A stretch of DNA of 64,000 nt from NCBI GenBank assembly GCA_951406725.2, contig OX597820.1, positions 6,696,001 to 6,760,000 on the forward strand, written 5' to 3'. Source of the DNA: Octopus vulgaris (Eukaryota). The notes beneath the pieces were generated by a model. The model was given only the letters and a program-made list of their open reading frames with translations. It ran no database searches and was not told the origin of the DNA. Positions 29,801 to 43,325 of this stretch are shown one piece after another; position 1 is the stretch's first letter, and each line of letters begins with the position of its first letter. The position numbers and the translations under genes are program-made.

Positions 29801-31685
29801 CATATATAACTGTTACAGGCATATATACTTGAGTGGAGTTATGGCCGATTGGTAATCGCTATTTGTTTCCATTCTTCTGTCAGAACAGACATTAATTTCA
29901 ATATATCTGTTGCGGTGTCAATGGCAGATGATTCTAGAACTGTGGCGGTGGTGGTGGTGGTTTCCTTCCCATCCAGACCAAGGGAAAGAATAACGCGACA
30001 ATGCAACAGTAATTACAACGTTGCAATTCTGACAATATTCTAAAGTATTGTCTCTATATTATCGTTGATCTTGCTAGAAATGACAGTCAAAATCTCCAAG
30101 ATCGCGTATTAATAACATAAAATACGAAGGGTACATTATTGAATAGAATAAATTTAAATTTTGATATATGCTATTAAGTCACGGCTGGAACGCTTTTCAG
30201 CGAATTTCTGCTCAACCAGTTAGAATGTGACGTGAAAAACATTTCAAACGGGAACTTTTACATAGGTGTTGGATTTACAAGAAATAACAGCTAAAAATAC
30301 TTGAAATCACATTAGAAGACATATTTGATGTGAATCAAGCAATTAGTGTTATTATGGCTCAGATTAGATTGATCAAAATATGTTGGGTTCATCACGTGGC
30401 CAAAACGTTTATGTATTTGTTTGCGCGGCCCTTGTAAGCCAATCAGTTTGTACTCAAGTTTCGAGTGATGTCTTCAGGCGTCAACATTTTTGCCATCATC
30501 GATAAGATGGATAACAATGAAAACGTGAGTCGCAAAGAATGAATCACCAGATTTACACAAATGACAAAATCGAGTCAACATTTATCTATGACTATTTATT
30601 TTAGTTCTTAAATCAAAAACATATACGTGTTTATTATGTATGGGTAAATACGTATAGAATCAGAATATTAAACGATTAACTGAGAGACATGCCGAAAGAT
30701 ATGGTGATTAAATTTTTTGTGAAATTGACCCGTTCTTACTTAGAATTATTTTGTCGTTTTCTTTGAAAGTTGTTAAAAATTGCTGGAAGAATTTTGTAAG
30801 AGGTAAATTTGAAGTGAGAATTTTAATAGCAAGTCCCTTCGTAGCAGAAGAGAGATTATTACATTTGTGTTGCATATTCTAAATGATCGATTCCACGTTC
30901 TACATACAGTTATACGCAAATATATTTTTAACCTAGTTTTTGTGTAACGAAGCAATAATCAGGAATGCTGTTAGATTAATTCTTCAGTGAACCAATTTCC
31001 TTTAATTCTGTTCCTTTATACAAGAGTCTTCTATTTTTATAATACATGCTTTAAAATTTGCCGACTTGCGATGCATTAAAACTAAAAATTCGATTAATTT
31101 TCTTAAGATGTGAATTTTAGACAATGGAATTCTATAAAAAAAATGAAATAAAATTACATGTTTGAAAATATTTTCCCATCATAATCAATAATACTGACTG
31201 TTAATCACATTTGAAATTTAAATAACCTTTAGCCCTTTTTCCACTTCCCTGTAACTCATCGATAAACAAAATGTGTTGCAAACCTGTTCTCCCACAAAAC
31301 TAATGACATTCGCAGAGATTTTGCAGTCTTTTAGCTTTAATACCATTTTTCCTAAATTTCTTTAACAAATTTGCAATATATTCCGGAACTGAAGGGAACA
31401 GATGAACTATATCTAAATGATGTTGAGTATTGACTTGTGTTTCTCCGTCTTGTGATCTGCTTCAGATTTTTGTTGCTACAGGATTGCTCTCATAGTCAAG
31501 GGTTGCCTTGACTATAACACTTAGAATTTAAAAAAAAAAGGAAAGTCGTTTAATATACACAAACACACACACACACACTCTCTCTCTGTCAATCAGTTTC
31601 TATATGCGTATGCAAGTGTACATATAAAAGTATGTATGTATAAATATATGTATTTGTATGGTTATATCTTTCTATCTATATATAT

Positions 31686-31939
31686 ATTTCGTTTTTGGAT
31701 TTGGTTTGCAAGATTCTTTTGTGCCTTATAATTTAACACACTCACCGGTAAAATTTCCACTTTTTTTCTTATTTTTATTGTCCTAAAATTTTCGTTGCGT
31801 CTTGCAACCTTTTCAAATTTTTGACTGTCCGTTATTTACACAATTTTAAGACAATAAAAATAAGGAAAAAGTGGACATTTTACCGGTGAGTGTGTTACAT
31901 AATAAGGCGCAAAAAGAAAATGACTCTCCCCAGACAACA

Positions 31940-31942
<3 letters not shown>
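31686..31942. mobile_element. pLTR-like family P2 copy with fold-back duplication
   Basis: Homologous to 43124-43325 and 45677-45840. About 75 bp inverted arms, 31718-31792 and 31842-31915. Confidence 0.8.
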
Positions 31943-31999
<57 letters not shown>

Positions 32000-32259
32000 G
32001 ATTTTGATTTTGATTTTTCCAGTTTCAGCCAATGAGCTGTGGCCACATATATATATATATGCATACACATATGTACATGTGTGCACGTGCATACGTGCGT
32101 GCATGTATGAATGCATCCATGAAATGCGTATATATATATATATTCACTTTCCTCCAGCATGGTCATTACATTGCGGAAATTATCTCCCTTCTTCACTCAA
32201 CTACTATAACAGTCACCGCTAGTTGTCAGTTTACTATTTCTATCTAAGTGATAGAAATT

Positions 32260-32457
32260 TTAAATAATTTCGTATATATTACGCAGGTAATCCGGCATTT
32301 GGTACCAGTTCTCTTTACACACACACACAATCGATTGATGTACCTTCGTTGAAATAACTGATACCCACAGATAGAGTATCTCTTGTTTGCCATGTTTCCA
32401 GTTACGAAAGCACAATATCATCGGGTTTGAAAAGAGAACAAAATTGTTCTCGTATAC

Positions 32458-32458
<1 letters not shown>
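32260..32458 (-). mobile_element. pLTR-like family P3 unit with decayed hammerhead motif
   Basis: Minus strand CCGATGA..GAAACATG. A partial second copy at 25438-25485 retains CTGATGA. Confidence 0.45.
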
Positions 32459-32514
<56 letters not shown>

Positions 32515-32518
<4 letters not shown>

Positions 32519-32773
32519 AATATAATATGTGACAATTATTCGGTAGCCATGATAAAACTCTGAGTTTCGGATGCCGAGGTGGAAATCCACACCACAATCT
32601 CTTCAGCCGGATAATTGAAGAGATGGTGGTGTGGATTTCAACCTCGGCATCCGAAACTCAGAGTTTTATCATGGCTACCAAATAATTTTCACATATATTT
32701 ACAGATAAATTCCTCTATTTACATAATATTGAGGTCTCTTTCTTTCATTTGTTATCTTACCGATTTTACCAAT
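32515..32773 (+). mobile_element. pLTR-like unit with ~90 bp inverted duplication and hammerhead motifs on both strands
   Basis: Arms 32515-32605 and 32616-32703. Plus strand GATAA-TTGAAGA-GATG..CATC-C-GAAA-CTCAGAG-TT-TTATC; the inverted arm reads CTGAAGA. Flanked by (TA)n. Confidence 0.75.
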
Positions 32774-33003
32774 ACATATATATATATATGTGCATACATA
32801 CACACACACACATATATGTATATATATATATATATAAACGCACACACACACACACATGTTCAAATTTACAGAAAAGAAAGAAAAAAGACAGGTGTAGGAA
32901 CAAGAAGCATGCGTATTATTTTAACTTTCGGGAAAGATGGAAAAGACTTTTACGTTTTGGGCCTACTCTATATACATATTCCCTACACATTATATATTCT
33001 ATG

Positions 33004-33085
<82 letters not shown>

Positions 33086-33865
33086 GCATACATATGTATT
33101 TATGTGTGTAGGTATATGTATGTACGCATATGAGCAAACATGCATGTGGCAACTCAGTATTATTGTCATATGATTCTTTGTGTTCTTCTCTTTAACTTCT
33201 GAACATTTCCTGTAAACCATATGTTGTAATCTATTCACTGCTTGTGCTTTTTCTGTAAGGACTTAAATTATATAGTCTTGTACTGTATCATTTAGCAATA
33301 GGCGAAGATATTACATACATACATATATTTATATCCATCTATCTATCTGCATACATACATATGTACGGATGAATGTTGATATATATATATATATATATAT
33401 ATGAATGTATTTAAAATGATATCGCCACATGTATGGCTGACATTTGATAATATGGTTGATAGCAATGCAGTTGAAATAGAGTTCCTGGTCGCTAATTTTA
33501 ACCATATTACAACATATAGCGTCATCATTGCGTGTATAAACAAACGTAAAACGTAAGTATATCTGTTAGATATTTACAGTGCAAGATGGTGCAAATTCAA
33601 GATGGCGAAGATAACAACGTCACCAAACCGTTCATTACTACTCTTTTACAGTGGATAATATTCCAAGATTAGCAGAATTCAATTTTGTTATTCCAAAACT
33701 GCTATTGAAATGTTATAAGTGTTCAAAGATCTTGTGATTTGTCTATTGCCATTTAATAGAAATGGTCATACCTATATCTGACGGTTGACATACAAAATGT
33801 AAGACATCTTGTATGCAACCAGGGATTCACTAAAAGTACTCTACTTATAATATCAATTTATTTAA

Positions 33866-34091
33866 TCTTTTCTACTCGTGGCATAAGGCCAGAAATTTTT
33901 TTGGGAGGGCACCATTCGATTAGATCGACCGCAGTACACAACTGATACTTAAATTATCGACGCTGAAATGATAAAAGGCAATGTCGACCTCGGCAGATTT
34001 TGAACTCAGAATGTAAAAACAGACGAAATACCGCTAAGCATTTCGCCCGGTGTGCTAATATTTCTTATTTCTTTACTTCCAGCTTGCCGCC
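33866..34091 (-). mobile_element. SINE family A, tail type 2
   Basis: Homology to the other copies. Confidence 0.85.
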
Positions 34092-34513
34092 GTATATTAA
34101 CTTATTTAATGCCAGATCTTTTGATTAGCGAACAGATACATGGCCACTGGACATGCTAAAAATAACAACCGTATCTCTCAAAAATATTTTGTTGAAAATA
34201 AATTTAAAATTTCGGAGCGCAGAGTGGCATAGCTTAGCAAATTTTCCCGTCTGTTTTGGTAATTACACGTAAATAACTTCACAGTTGTATACAGCCTCTA
34301 CAGGGTCAGTAGAAGTGCGAGAAAGAAGTACGAAATGCTTATTAAATGGCACGTTTCCGGCTTTTAAAATAATAGCGGAAAATATTTTAGATAATGTTTC
34401 TTCGAAAGAATGTGACTTAATCACAATAAAATCACGTGGTTTCCCGCTGGTTTGACTTTGATAATAGGTGTAATCCATCATGACTGACTTGATGACCTGA
34501 AGCTAAAGAGCAA

Positions 34514-34569
<56 letters not shown>

Positions 34570-34601
34570 AATTCAGGGTGAATACTTGGTAAATGTAAGC
34601 A

Positions 34602-34671
<70 letters not shown>

Positions 34672-34867
34672 GCACGGAGTTGTCTCAGTGAACAGGTCGC
34701 GGTCTCAAAGCGACCATAATGTATTGCCAGTTTAAATTTAAATGTTAAAATGAATCTAACGGCTTTTGTGCGTTTCTTAAATGGCTTATAGAGAGCTTCC
34801 GCGCTGAAAATGTTTTCGTTCCAGCACACACGATCTCAGATCAGGTAACTTGGTATGCATGTACCAC

Positions 34868-34916
<49 letters not shown>

Positions 34917-34921
<5 letters not shown>

Positions 34922-36084
34922 ATGTCACAAACTTAGTGATTTCGGCATATTTGGAAAATTGGGAGAATGGCTTCATGACTTTCTGAAGGATACAAGTCAG
35001 GTGATAGTAGCCAATGGGGTCACCTCCAATGACATGCAAATAGTATGCGGTGTTCCGCAAGGCTCTGATTTGAGACCACTACTGTTCATAATGGCAAATC
35101 AGATATGCCCTCAGCTACACAGAGAGCTACGATCACAAGTTATGCAGATGATACAAAAGTCTCACAGGTGATACAGAACCCCGAAGACACTATGCACCTG
35201 CAATGTGAGCTGGATGAAATATAAAAGTGGGCTGAAAAGAATAGCATGCAGTTCAATGCTGAAAAGTTTCAAGCCTTGTGCTGTCAGCATGCAAATCTAA
35301 ATGTAATACCAATTAAATATACAGAACACGAAGGGATTGCAATCCCAGAGGCAAAGTCAGTGCGAGACCTGGGCATTTACATGAGTAATTATGCATCCTT
35401 CCATATGCATGTTACTAAATTGGCAATGAAATGCAGGCAGCTGGCAGGATGGATTCTTAGCACATTTAGAAAGAGAGATTGGGAAACCATGATGGTCCTC
35501 TGGAGGACAATTGTGCTAAGGCTGTTTGGCTATTGCCCTCAGCTATGGTCACCATCCAGTGTCAAATTAATCTATGCAGCATTTAAGCTATTGGGAAAGA
35601 ATCAAGAGATTAAGACTCTATTCTTTAAAGCATAGGCGAGAAAGATATAACATAATATCGAGCTGGAAGATCCTGGACGAACTTGTCCCAAACTTCGGCA
35701 TCGAGATTTAGACAAATACTAGAACAGGGCGCCACTGCATAGAGCCAATGACTCCAAATTTACCATCAAGATATAGGACAAGCTACTGCAACAGCCTGGG
35801 ATTCAGAGGACCATAGCTCTTCAATATCTCCCCGAAGGACCTGAGAGACCTGTATAGGTGGATGTAAGTGTCTTCAAAATGAAACTGGACCTCTTACTGC
35901 CAAGTGTCCCAGATGAACCAACTCCACAACAGGAGGGGCAGATGAGAGCAGCGGCATCAAATACCCTCATGTACCAAATGTCAATTTCTAAAAAGAATTA
36001 GTGAAGTGCAATTGTGTAGCAACACCAATTGGCGGTGCTGCAGCATGGCCACAACTCATGAGATGAGACTAGATCGAATCAAAT

Positions 36085-36087
<3 letters not shown>
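34917..36087 (+). mobile_element. 5'-truncated CR1-like LINE (RT through 3' UTR), pseudogenised
   Basis: HKLSDFGIFGKLGEWLHDFL..CGVPQGSDLRPLLF, SYADDTK, MQFNAEKFQ, VRDLGIYM, YCPQLWSP. Ends in AATC(A) repeats and lies between (TA)n tracts. Confidence 0.92.
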
Positions 36088-36118
<31 letters not shown>

Positions 36119-36120
<2 letters not shown>

Positions 36121-36326
36121 CGGGAAGGTTTACGAAAATAAACAAAATACGAAGGCAGGTGGAGTACAAACAAACAATGTATTAGTATGGCGCTCAGGAA
36201 TAGAAATAGAACAAGTCTTTTACGTTTCGAGCCTACGCTCTTCGACAGAAAGATACAAGAAAAGAAACAAGGAGAGAAACAAGGAGAGAAAAAATTGCGT
36301 GTAGAGGCTAACGATCCAACATGGCG
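36119..36326 (-). mobile_element. ~200 bp pLTR-like family P1 unit with variant hammerhead motif (36216-36253)
   Basis: End-to-end homolog of 43872-44058 and 58830-59033. TCTTT-CTGTCGA-A-GAGC-GTAG-GCTC-GAAA-CG-TA-AAAGA. Confidence 0.8.
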
Positions 36327-36370
36327 TTATATGCATGCATACGTACATATTCTTTATACGTATGCATATG

Positions 36371-36437
<67 letters not shown>

Positions 36438-36703
36438 TATATATATACAGTTGTAAATTGTATAACACATCTGTGACTACTACTACTACTACTACTAATA
36501 CTACTACATAAACCTGAGGACTGCATAGTTTAATGCATGAAAGTACTAGTTCAGTCAAAATGGACCTTTAATCTTCTATCATTTCATTATATTATATCAT
36601 CTTATATTATAAGATTGTGAATAAAACCTGAAAATCAAAATTGGAATTTCTTTGAGTAACAAATTCTTTATACACAATCATACACACTTGTGTGTATGTG
36701 TAA

Positions 36704-36744
<41 letters not shown>

Positions 36745-36990
36745 ATAGATATGTGCATACATACGTACATACATACATACATCCGTACATACATAATCTT
36801 TATATATATATGTATATAATAGTTTGAATAAGGAAAGGAGAAGACAACTTGACATTACAATTTTTTCCTTAAATGGACGATATCATTTATTCCATCTCAC
36901 ACAATGTCATTTGATATATATAATATACAAGAATATGTCATACTGATCATAAAATTCTATAGTGATAATAATCCTATAATAACAAAAATC

Positions 36991-37047
<57 letters not shown>

Positions 37048-37100
37048 CGCGGCGCGTGTGTGTACGTACTTCTTAAAAGCTATGAAACAACTGAAGAACA

Positions 37101-37219
37101 TTCTTTTTTACTCAATGCACAAGACCCGAAATTTTGTGAGAGGGGGCCAGTCGATTAGATCGACTCCAATATGCAGCTGCTACTTAACTTAATGACCCCG
37201 AAAGGATGAAAGGAGAAGT
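37101..37219 (-). mobile_element. SINE family A 3' half, tail type 2
   Basis: Homology to 28743-28942. Confidence 0.8.
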
Positions 37220-37719
37220 GTGTAAAGACAAACGAAACAACTGCAGAATTTTGTTGCAATCGCTTGTTCAGTGTTACTCGTAACAGGATCGAACCCAGAA
37301 ATCGTGATTGCGAAGTGATTTTCTAAACCATCCAGTCATGCGTACTCCCCTATATTTCCCTGTTTTTGTGCACAGAAGTGTGAATTTCTATTTGTGTAGA
37401 GTGAAGTGAGAGAGAGAGATAGAGGGAGAGAGAGAAAGAGAGAGAGAAGGATTAGGGTAGGGGGAGATGTTGGCACACATTGTTATTCGATACCAATTGT
37501 GAGGAAGAGACTACTTTCATCTTTCATTTAGAACATAATTCCTGACAAACAGAAGAGGAGAAAAAAATGAAACTATTCAGAATTGAAAAACGACGAAAAA
37601 AAAAACAAAAAACAAAAAAAAAAGTAAAAATAACACAAGAAGATATAATGAAAACAACAATATCCAGAAAAATATCCTCCAGCTCTGTATATATCACCGT
37701 TGTTACCTGCTATTTTGCG

Positions 37720-37777
<58 letters not shown>

Positions 37778-37800
37778 TAATAATAATAATAATAATAATG

Positions 37801-37861
<61 letters not shown>

Positions 37862-37877
37862 TAATAATAATAATAAC

Positions 37878-37928
<51 letters not shown>

Positions 37929-37963
37929 TAATAATAATAATAATAATAACAATAATAATAATG

Positions 37964-38026
<63 letters not shown>

Positions 38027-38046
38027 TAATAATAATAATAATAATA
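37720..38046 (+). repeat. ~325 bp (AAT)n microsatellite
   Basis: Direct read. Confidence 0.97.
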
Positions 38047-38810
38047 TTTTTTTTAAATAGACATTTTCTAGCAGAAAAGGTAATAAATAGCAAACTAGAC
38101 AAAATGAAGGGGAAATGATGAAGAAAAGATGCAGAAAAGACGAGACGAACACACACACACCAAAAGTATGTGAAAAAGGAAAAGAAAAAAAAAAAACTGC
38201 ACGTATTTCTAATTTCTCGCCTGACATTTTCTATTCCATTCTCGTTGAAGTGATCAATTTGGGAACAGAACATATATTAATCGCTGGACTCAGGCCTAAT
38301 TTGACGCCCAGGCTTGTTAATTAGAACTGGCAATTGCAAGTTACCGCTCAAAAATCGATTGTAATATGTACGTATCGACATGTGTGTGTGCCTACACTCA
38401 CACACGCACATGTATACTTATATATATATTTGTATACATAGATACATATGTGGTTGTTAGTGTATATTTATATCTATATATGTGTGTATTTGTATATGTG
38501 TACGTATATAGGTGTATGTATGTATGTATGTACATATATTACGTATATGTGTGAGTAAACGTGTAGTTGTGTGTGTATAGTATTTGTGTGTATATGCGTG
38601 TGCCTCTACACCTCTCTGTATGTTTTGGACTCAAACACAGAGATATACGAGTGTGTTTTGTGCAACGACGAATATAGAACAGGAAAAGAAGAGGAGGAAA
38701 GAAAAGGAAACTGACAAAGAAATATATACTTGGAACTACTCTGAGTCTCTTTCTATCTGTTTCTCTCTCTGTACACACATAATTGTACACACACACACAC
38801 ACACACAAAT

Positions 38811-38859
<49 letters not shown>

Positions 38860-38861
<2 letters not shown>

Positions 38862-39283
38862 TCTTTACTCTTTTACTTGTTTCAGTCATTTGTCTGTGGC
38901 CATGCTGAAGCACCGCCTTTAGTCGAGCAAATCGACCCCGGGACTTATTCTTTGTAAGCCTAGTACTTGTTCTATCGGTCTCTTTTGCCGAATCGCTAAG
39001 TGACGGGGACGTAAACACACCAGCATCGGTTGTCAAGCAATGCTAGGGGGACAAACACACACACACAAACACACACACACAAACACACACACATATATAT
39101 ATATACATATATACATATATACGACAGGCTTCTTTCAGTTTCCGTCTACCAAATCCACTCACAAGGCATTGGTCGGCCGAGGCTATAGCAGAAGAGACTT
39201 GCCCAAGATGCCACGCAGTGGGACTGAACACGGAACAATGTGGTTGGTAAGCAAGCTATTTACCACACAGCCACTTCTGCACC
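38860..39283 (-). mobile_element. SINE family B with internal (TA)n(TG)n
   Basis: tRNA-like head (TGGCTGTGTGG, GTTCAGTCCC), internal microsatellite, tail GGCGGTGCT.CAGCATGGCC..GAAACAAGTAAAAGAG. Four copies in the window. Confidence 0.92.
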
Positions 39284-40230
39284 TATATATATATAGATAG
39301 ATATAGATATAGATATATGTGTGTGTGAGTGTGTGCGTACATGCATGTATGTATGTTTGTGTGTATGTCCATATATATATATGTATATGAATGCGTGTAT
39401 GTATGTGTGTATATTGTGTGTCAGTGATAGCATTGTGTTTTTGAAGTCGTAATTAGTTTGTGTCGTAAGTGTATGAAGTAGAGTTGATTCGCGGCCACCG
39501 AGAGGAATGCGGAAGGGAACATCGCTAGGAGAGGTATAAATAGCTTTGGAAAATAAATAAATGACACGTAAGAAGAGAAAAATTAAGGGTGAGAAAAATG
39601 TAGAGAGTGTGAGATGACTGTTTGAGAGAGGGCGGAGGCGGAGAGTACAAATGATGCGAAAATTTTGAACATACCTTCGTATGTATATGTATATATGTAT
39701 GTATGTATGTGTGCGCGCGCATGTGTGCGTGTTCTATTTGAAATAGCTGCAAAATTGAGTGCAAGGCTGTTAAACGCGAAACAGCCGAAACATTTAAACG
39801 GAAAAAAATTAAATATAAACATAAAGATAAAGAGAATTTCTGAAACGAGTCCTGCTTTTTACAAGCGCTTGACATTCATAAATAGGTTTCACTTTCTCAT
39901 TCGGCAAAAGATCAATGGCGGTTAGTATTTTTGAAAGATATTTGTTTGTTGTTTTCTGAAGCCTGAAGAATAAAATTCCACCAAATGTTAAAGATGTATT
40001 ATGGCCTCCGTTGTTGCTTAAGTACAAGTCAAGCTCGATGATGCGTATTAATGATCAATGCGTCTCCAATGGATCTTCCACTTATTTTGTATATCAAGCA
40101 CCACATTTGTTTAACACACCCTTCGTTTCCAGATGTGTCTGAGGTATATTCAACTGCTATTTCTAAACCTTAGACTATATGACACATTAACGTAAATATT
40201 CGGCTTAATTTCTAGCATTTCATCAATATA

Positions 40231-40639
40231 GACGTAGGAGTGTCTGTGTCGTAAGTAGCTTGCTGACGAACCACATGGTTCCGGGTTCAGTCCTACTGCG
40301 TGGCAACTTGGGCAAGTGTTTTCTACTATAGCCACGGGCCGACCAAGACCTTGTGAATGGATTTGGTTGACGGAAACTGAAAGAAGCCCGTCGTATATAT
40401 GTATATATGTATGTGCGTATGTGTTTATGTTTGTGTGTGTGTTTGTCCCCCCAACATCGCTTGACAACCGAAGCTGGTGTGTTTACGTCCCCGTAACTTA
40501 GCGGTTCGGCAAAAGAAACCGATAGAATAAGTACTAGGCTTCCAAAGAATAAGTCCCGGTGTCGATTTGCTCGACTAAAGGCGATTCTCCAGCATGGCCG
40601 CAGTCAAATGACTGAAACAAGTAAAAGAGTAAAAGAGTA
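40231..40639 (+). mobile_element. SINE family B
   Basis: Full-length homolog. Confidence 0.92.
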
Positions 40640-40699
40640 TAGCTTTCCCAAATGAGAGTTCGATATTGAATTAGAAATAACGACTATATTTTTCATTCC

Positions 40700-41020
40700 C
40701 CAGGGTCTTACGCTCAGCTTTTAAAGCCATGTTTGCAAAAATATGTCGCATATCAGACGGAGAGCAACAAAGGCGGCGAATGTTATTGTTCGTTGTATGA
40801 CTCACGTGTTGCACCATCCGAAATAAAGATCTCCACGATACACGAGACTCATTGATCAAAAATATTTGGGACAAACGCTGGAACAAGTACATAGCGCTTA
40901 CGATCAAAGCTGCAGACCCAACTGTTGGACACATGTGCCGTACCAACAAGCCATCGAGATGGGACAACGAAAATCCAGCCCAAAAGAAGCAACCATATTT
41001 AAAGAAAGCTTCATGGCTAA
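40700..41020 (+). mobile_element. Possible Mutator/MULE transposase relic
   Basis: YLGQTL followed by RTNKPSRWDN resembles the YF..TW / RTNN..E.W.N motifs. Heavily frameshifted. Confidence 0.3.
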
Positions 41021-41080
41021 TGGCGCACGACATACAGTCAAATTGCAACATGTTACAATTCTATATTTAAGAGATAAGGA

Positions 41081-41355
41081 ATTATTTACATTTGATGGAT
41101 ATTTGTCCACGAGTATATGGCATAGTGGTTAAGAGCGTGAGCTATTAACCCCAAGATTCCCAGTTCGATTCCAGGCAGTGACCTGAATAATAATAACAAC
41201 AACATTTAAAAATACCTTAGGAATGAGAACCGGCGTTCGAAATTTCCCCAAGACACCTGATGAAGGCTGGAGGGTATATCAGCCGAAACGTTGTGATAAC
41301 AACAAACAAGATGAGGACAAATATCGGTCAATTGTAAATAATGTAAATAATGTAC
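41081..41355 (+). mobile_element. tRNA-headed short element with hammerhead and inverted terminal segment
   Basis: A box TGGCATAGTGG 41118-41128, B box GTTCGATTCC 41163-41172, hammerhead 41254-41295. 41081-41108 is the reverse complement of 41315-41342 (25/28). Confidence 0.8.
41254..41295 (+). ncRNA. Minimal type I hammerhead ribozyme motif
   Basis: CAC-CTGATGA-A-GGCTG-gagggtatat-CAGCC-GAAA-CG-TT-GTG. Stem III is the palindrome AACGTT (dimeric type); predicted GUU site. Confidence 0.7.
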
Positions 41356-41605
41356 TATATATTATTTGAAATAATCACTCTCCCTAGGCACTACTTAAAT
41401 CGAATGTTAGGCACACAGAGAAAGACTTTACGCAAACGTAAATTTCGAATCTAATAAATCCTGTCGACCAGAAAGTGCAACGATATTTTGGGTTCAGTTT
41501 TTCTCTCCGTATTTAGGAGTGTTGTGATCCGAAATGGATGTATTATTATTTTAAAGGTAACTTTTCAACTATTACACTTATATCTACGCTCAGTTTCACC
41601 CGTAA

Positions 41606-41651
<46 letters not shown>

Positions 41652-41797
41652 CATATATACACACACATGTAAGATACGCATATACATTAAGCTTCAACAA
41701 ATATTCATTCTAATATTTTGTAACTGCCTTTTTGTCTGTGAGTATATTTGTGTGTCTGTCTGTCTATCTATGTATCTATACATATATACATATATAT

Positions 41798-41852
<55 letters not shown>

Positions 41853-43123
41853 CACATATATCGATATATACATATAAACACACATATATATATAATAATA
41901 TACACATATATATATATATTTGTATATGCATACAAACCTATATTGGTATACAGCTATGCGCGTGTGTGTAGATATATATATATCAAAGTTATATATGCAC
42001 GTATGCTCGTATGATAAAACACAAAACATGACAGAGAAGTCTGTTGTAATTCTGATTGTAATTGTAATTGCGTTGAGAATAAAAACTGGTTCTTTGTTCT
42101 TCTTCGAGGTTTAATGAAACCAGAACGGAAACGCATAAATATATAGTCATGACGAAACTGAATGATGATGATGATGATGACGAGGAGGAGCAGGAGGAGG
42201 AAGAGGAGGAGTGTGGTTATGATGGTGGGCTGTGGTGGTGATTGTGAGAATCAGATGTGGATGTTAGGAGGAGAAATAACAAAATAAAAACAAAACACTT
42301 GATATTGGCCTTCAGAGAATGATGAAAAAAAAAAAAAAAAGAAAATGAAAAAAAAACAACAAAAACAAAAGCAAACAAGTATATGAAAATGTTGTGGAAA
42401 TGAGTCTCGTATCGTTTGTCTAAAGCAATGATTCTGTACAGTTTTACCTATGAAAATATTTTAGCAAGCTAATATTTGAAATTATTTATTAATTTCTTCG
42501 CAGAGTATTTTATGTTGTATGATATTTGTTAGTCTTCGGTTTTGTCTTTCGTGATTAACAATTGCTAATATTGATTATATATATGGCTTGCTTTTCTATT
42601 TATATTTTCGTTATATCATTTTCTTTGTGTTTTTGGTTTTGGTTGGCAGCGTGCTTTGTCGTTCCCTCGCCATATATAAAGATAATCTATTCCAGTGATC
42701 TTTACAGTGTTACAGTGTTAGTTTAGAAAAGAAAATCTCCAAGGCTACTGCGAATAACACGAAATGAAACAGTGTGAAATATATATTAAAACAAACGTGG
42801 ATAATAAGTGCATATTTCTTGTATGTATGTTATGTTTACGAAAGATTTGTTCTCATGTATGGTACACACACGTACACACACATATGACGAGGAACAAAAT
42901 CATTAAATACAAAACGAAAGAAAACAAGCAAAAATATGCTTTAGTTCATAATCAAAAGTTTTATCGTTTTACTCGGAGAAACAGAGTTATTAAATGCTGT
43001 TTCGCCTGAAGATTACAGTAGCGTGAAACTAGGAACACAACACGATGCAAACTTACAATTCCAGTTTCAGTAAAAGCATAGCCTCTGCTACATATATAGG
43101 ATGTGGGTTCCTAAATTCCTTTT

Positions 43124-43325
43124 GAGTCAAAACTATTGAAAAGGTTGCAAGACGCAACGAAAATTTTAGGACAATAAAGATAAGAAATAAGTGGAAATTT
43201 TACCGGTGAGTGTATTAAATTATAATGCACAAAAAAAAATTACTCTCCCCAGACACAACAGAATATGCTTCAATACACGAACTCATATAAAGAATCTTGC
43301 AAACCAAATCCCAAAACGAAATATA
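43124..43325 (+). mobile_element. pLTR-like family P2 full unit
   Basis: Starts GAGTCAAAACTATTGAAAAG-GTTGC-AAGAC-GCAAC-GAAA-ATTT-TAG, a hammerhead-shaped motif with a degenerate core. Homologs at 31686 and 45677. Confidence 0.7.

Noticed and set aside
41109-41185. Functional tRNA gene
   Set aside because: The acceptor and anticodon stems do not pair properly. It is treated as a SINE-type head, as are the other tRNA-like heads in the window.
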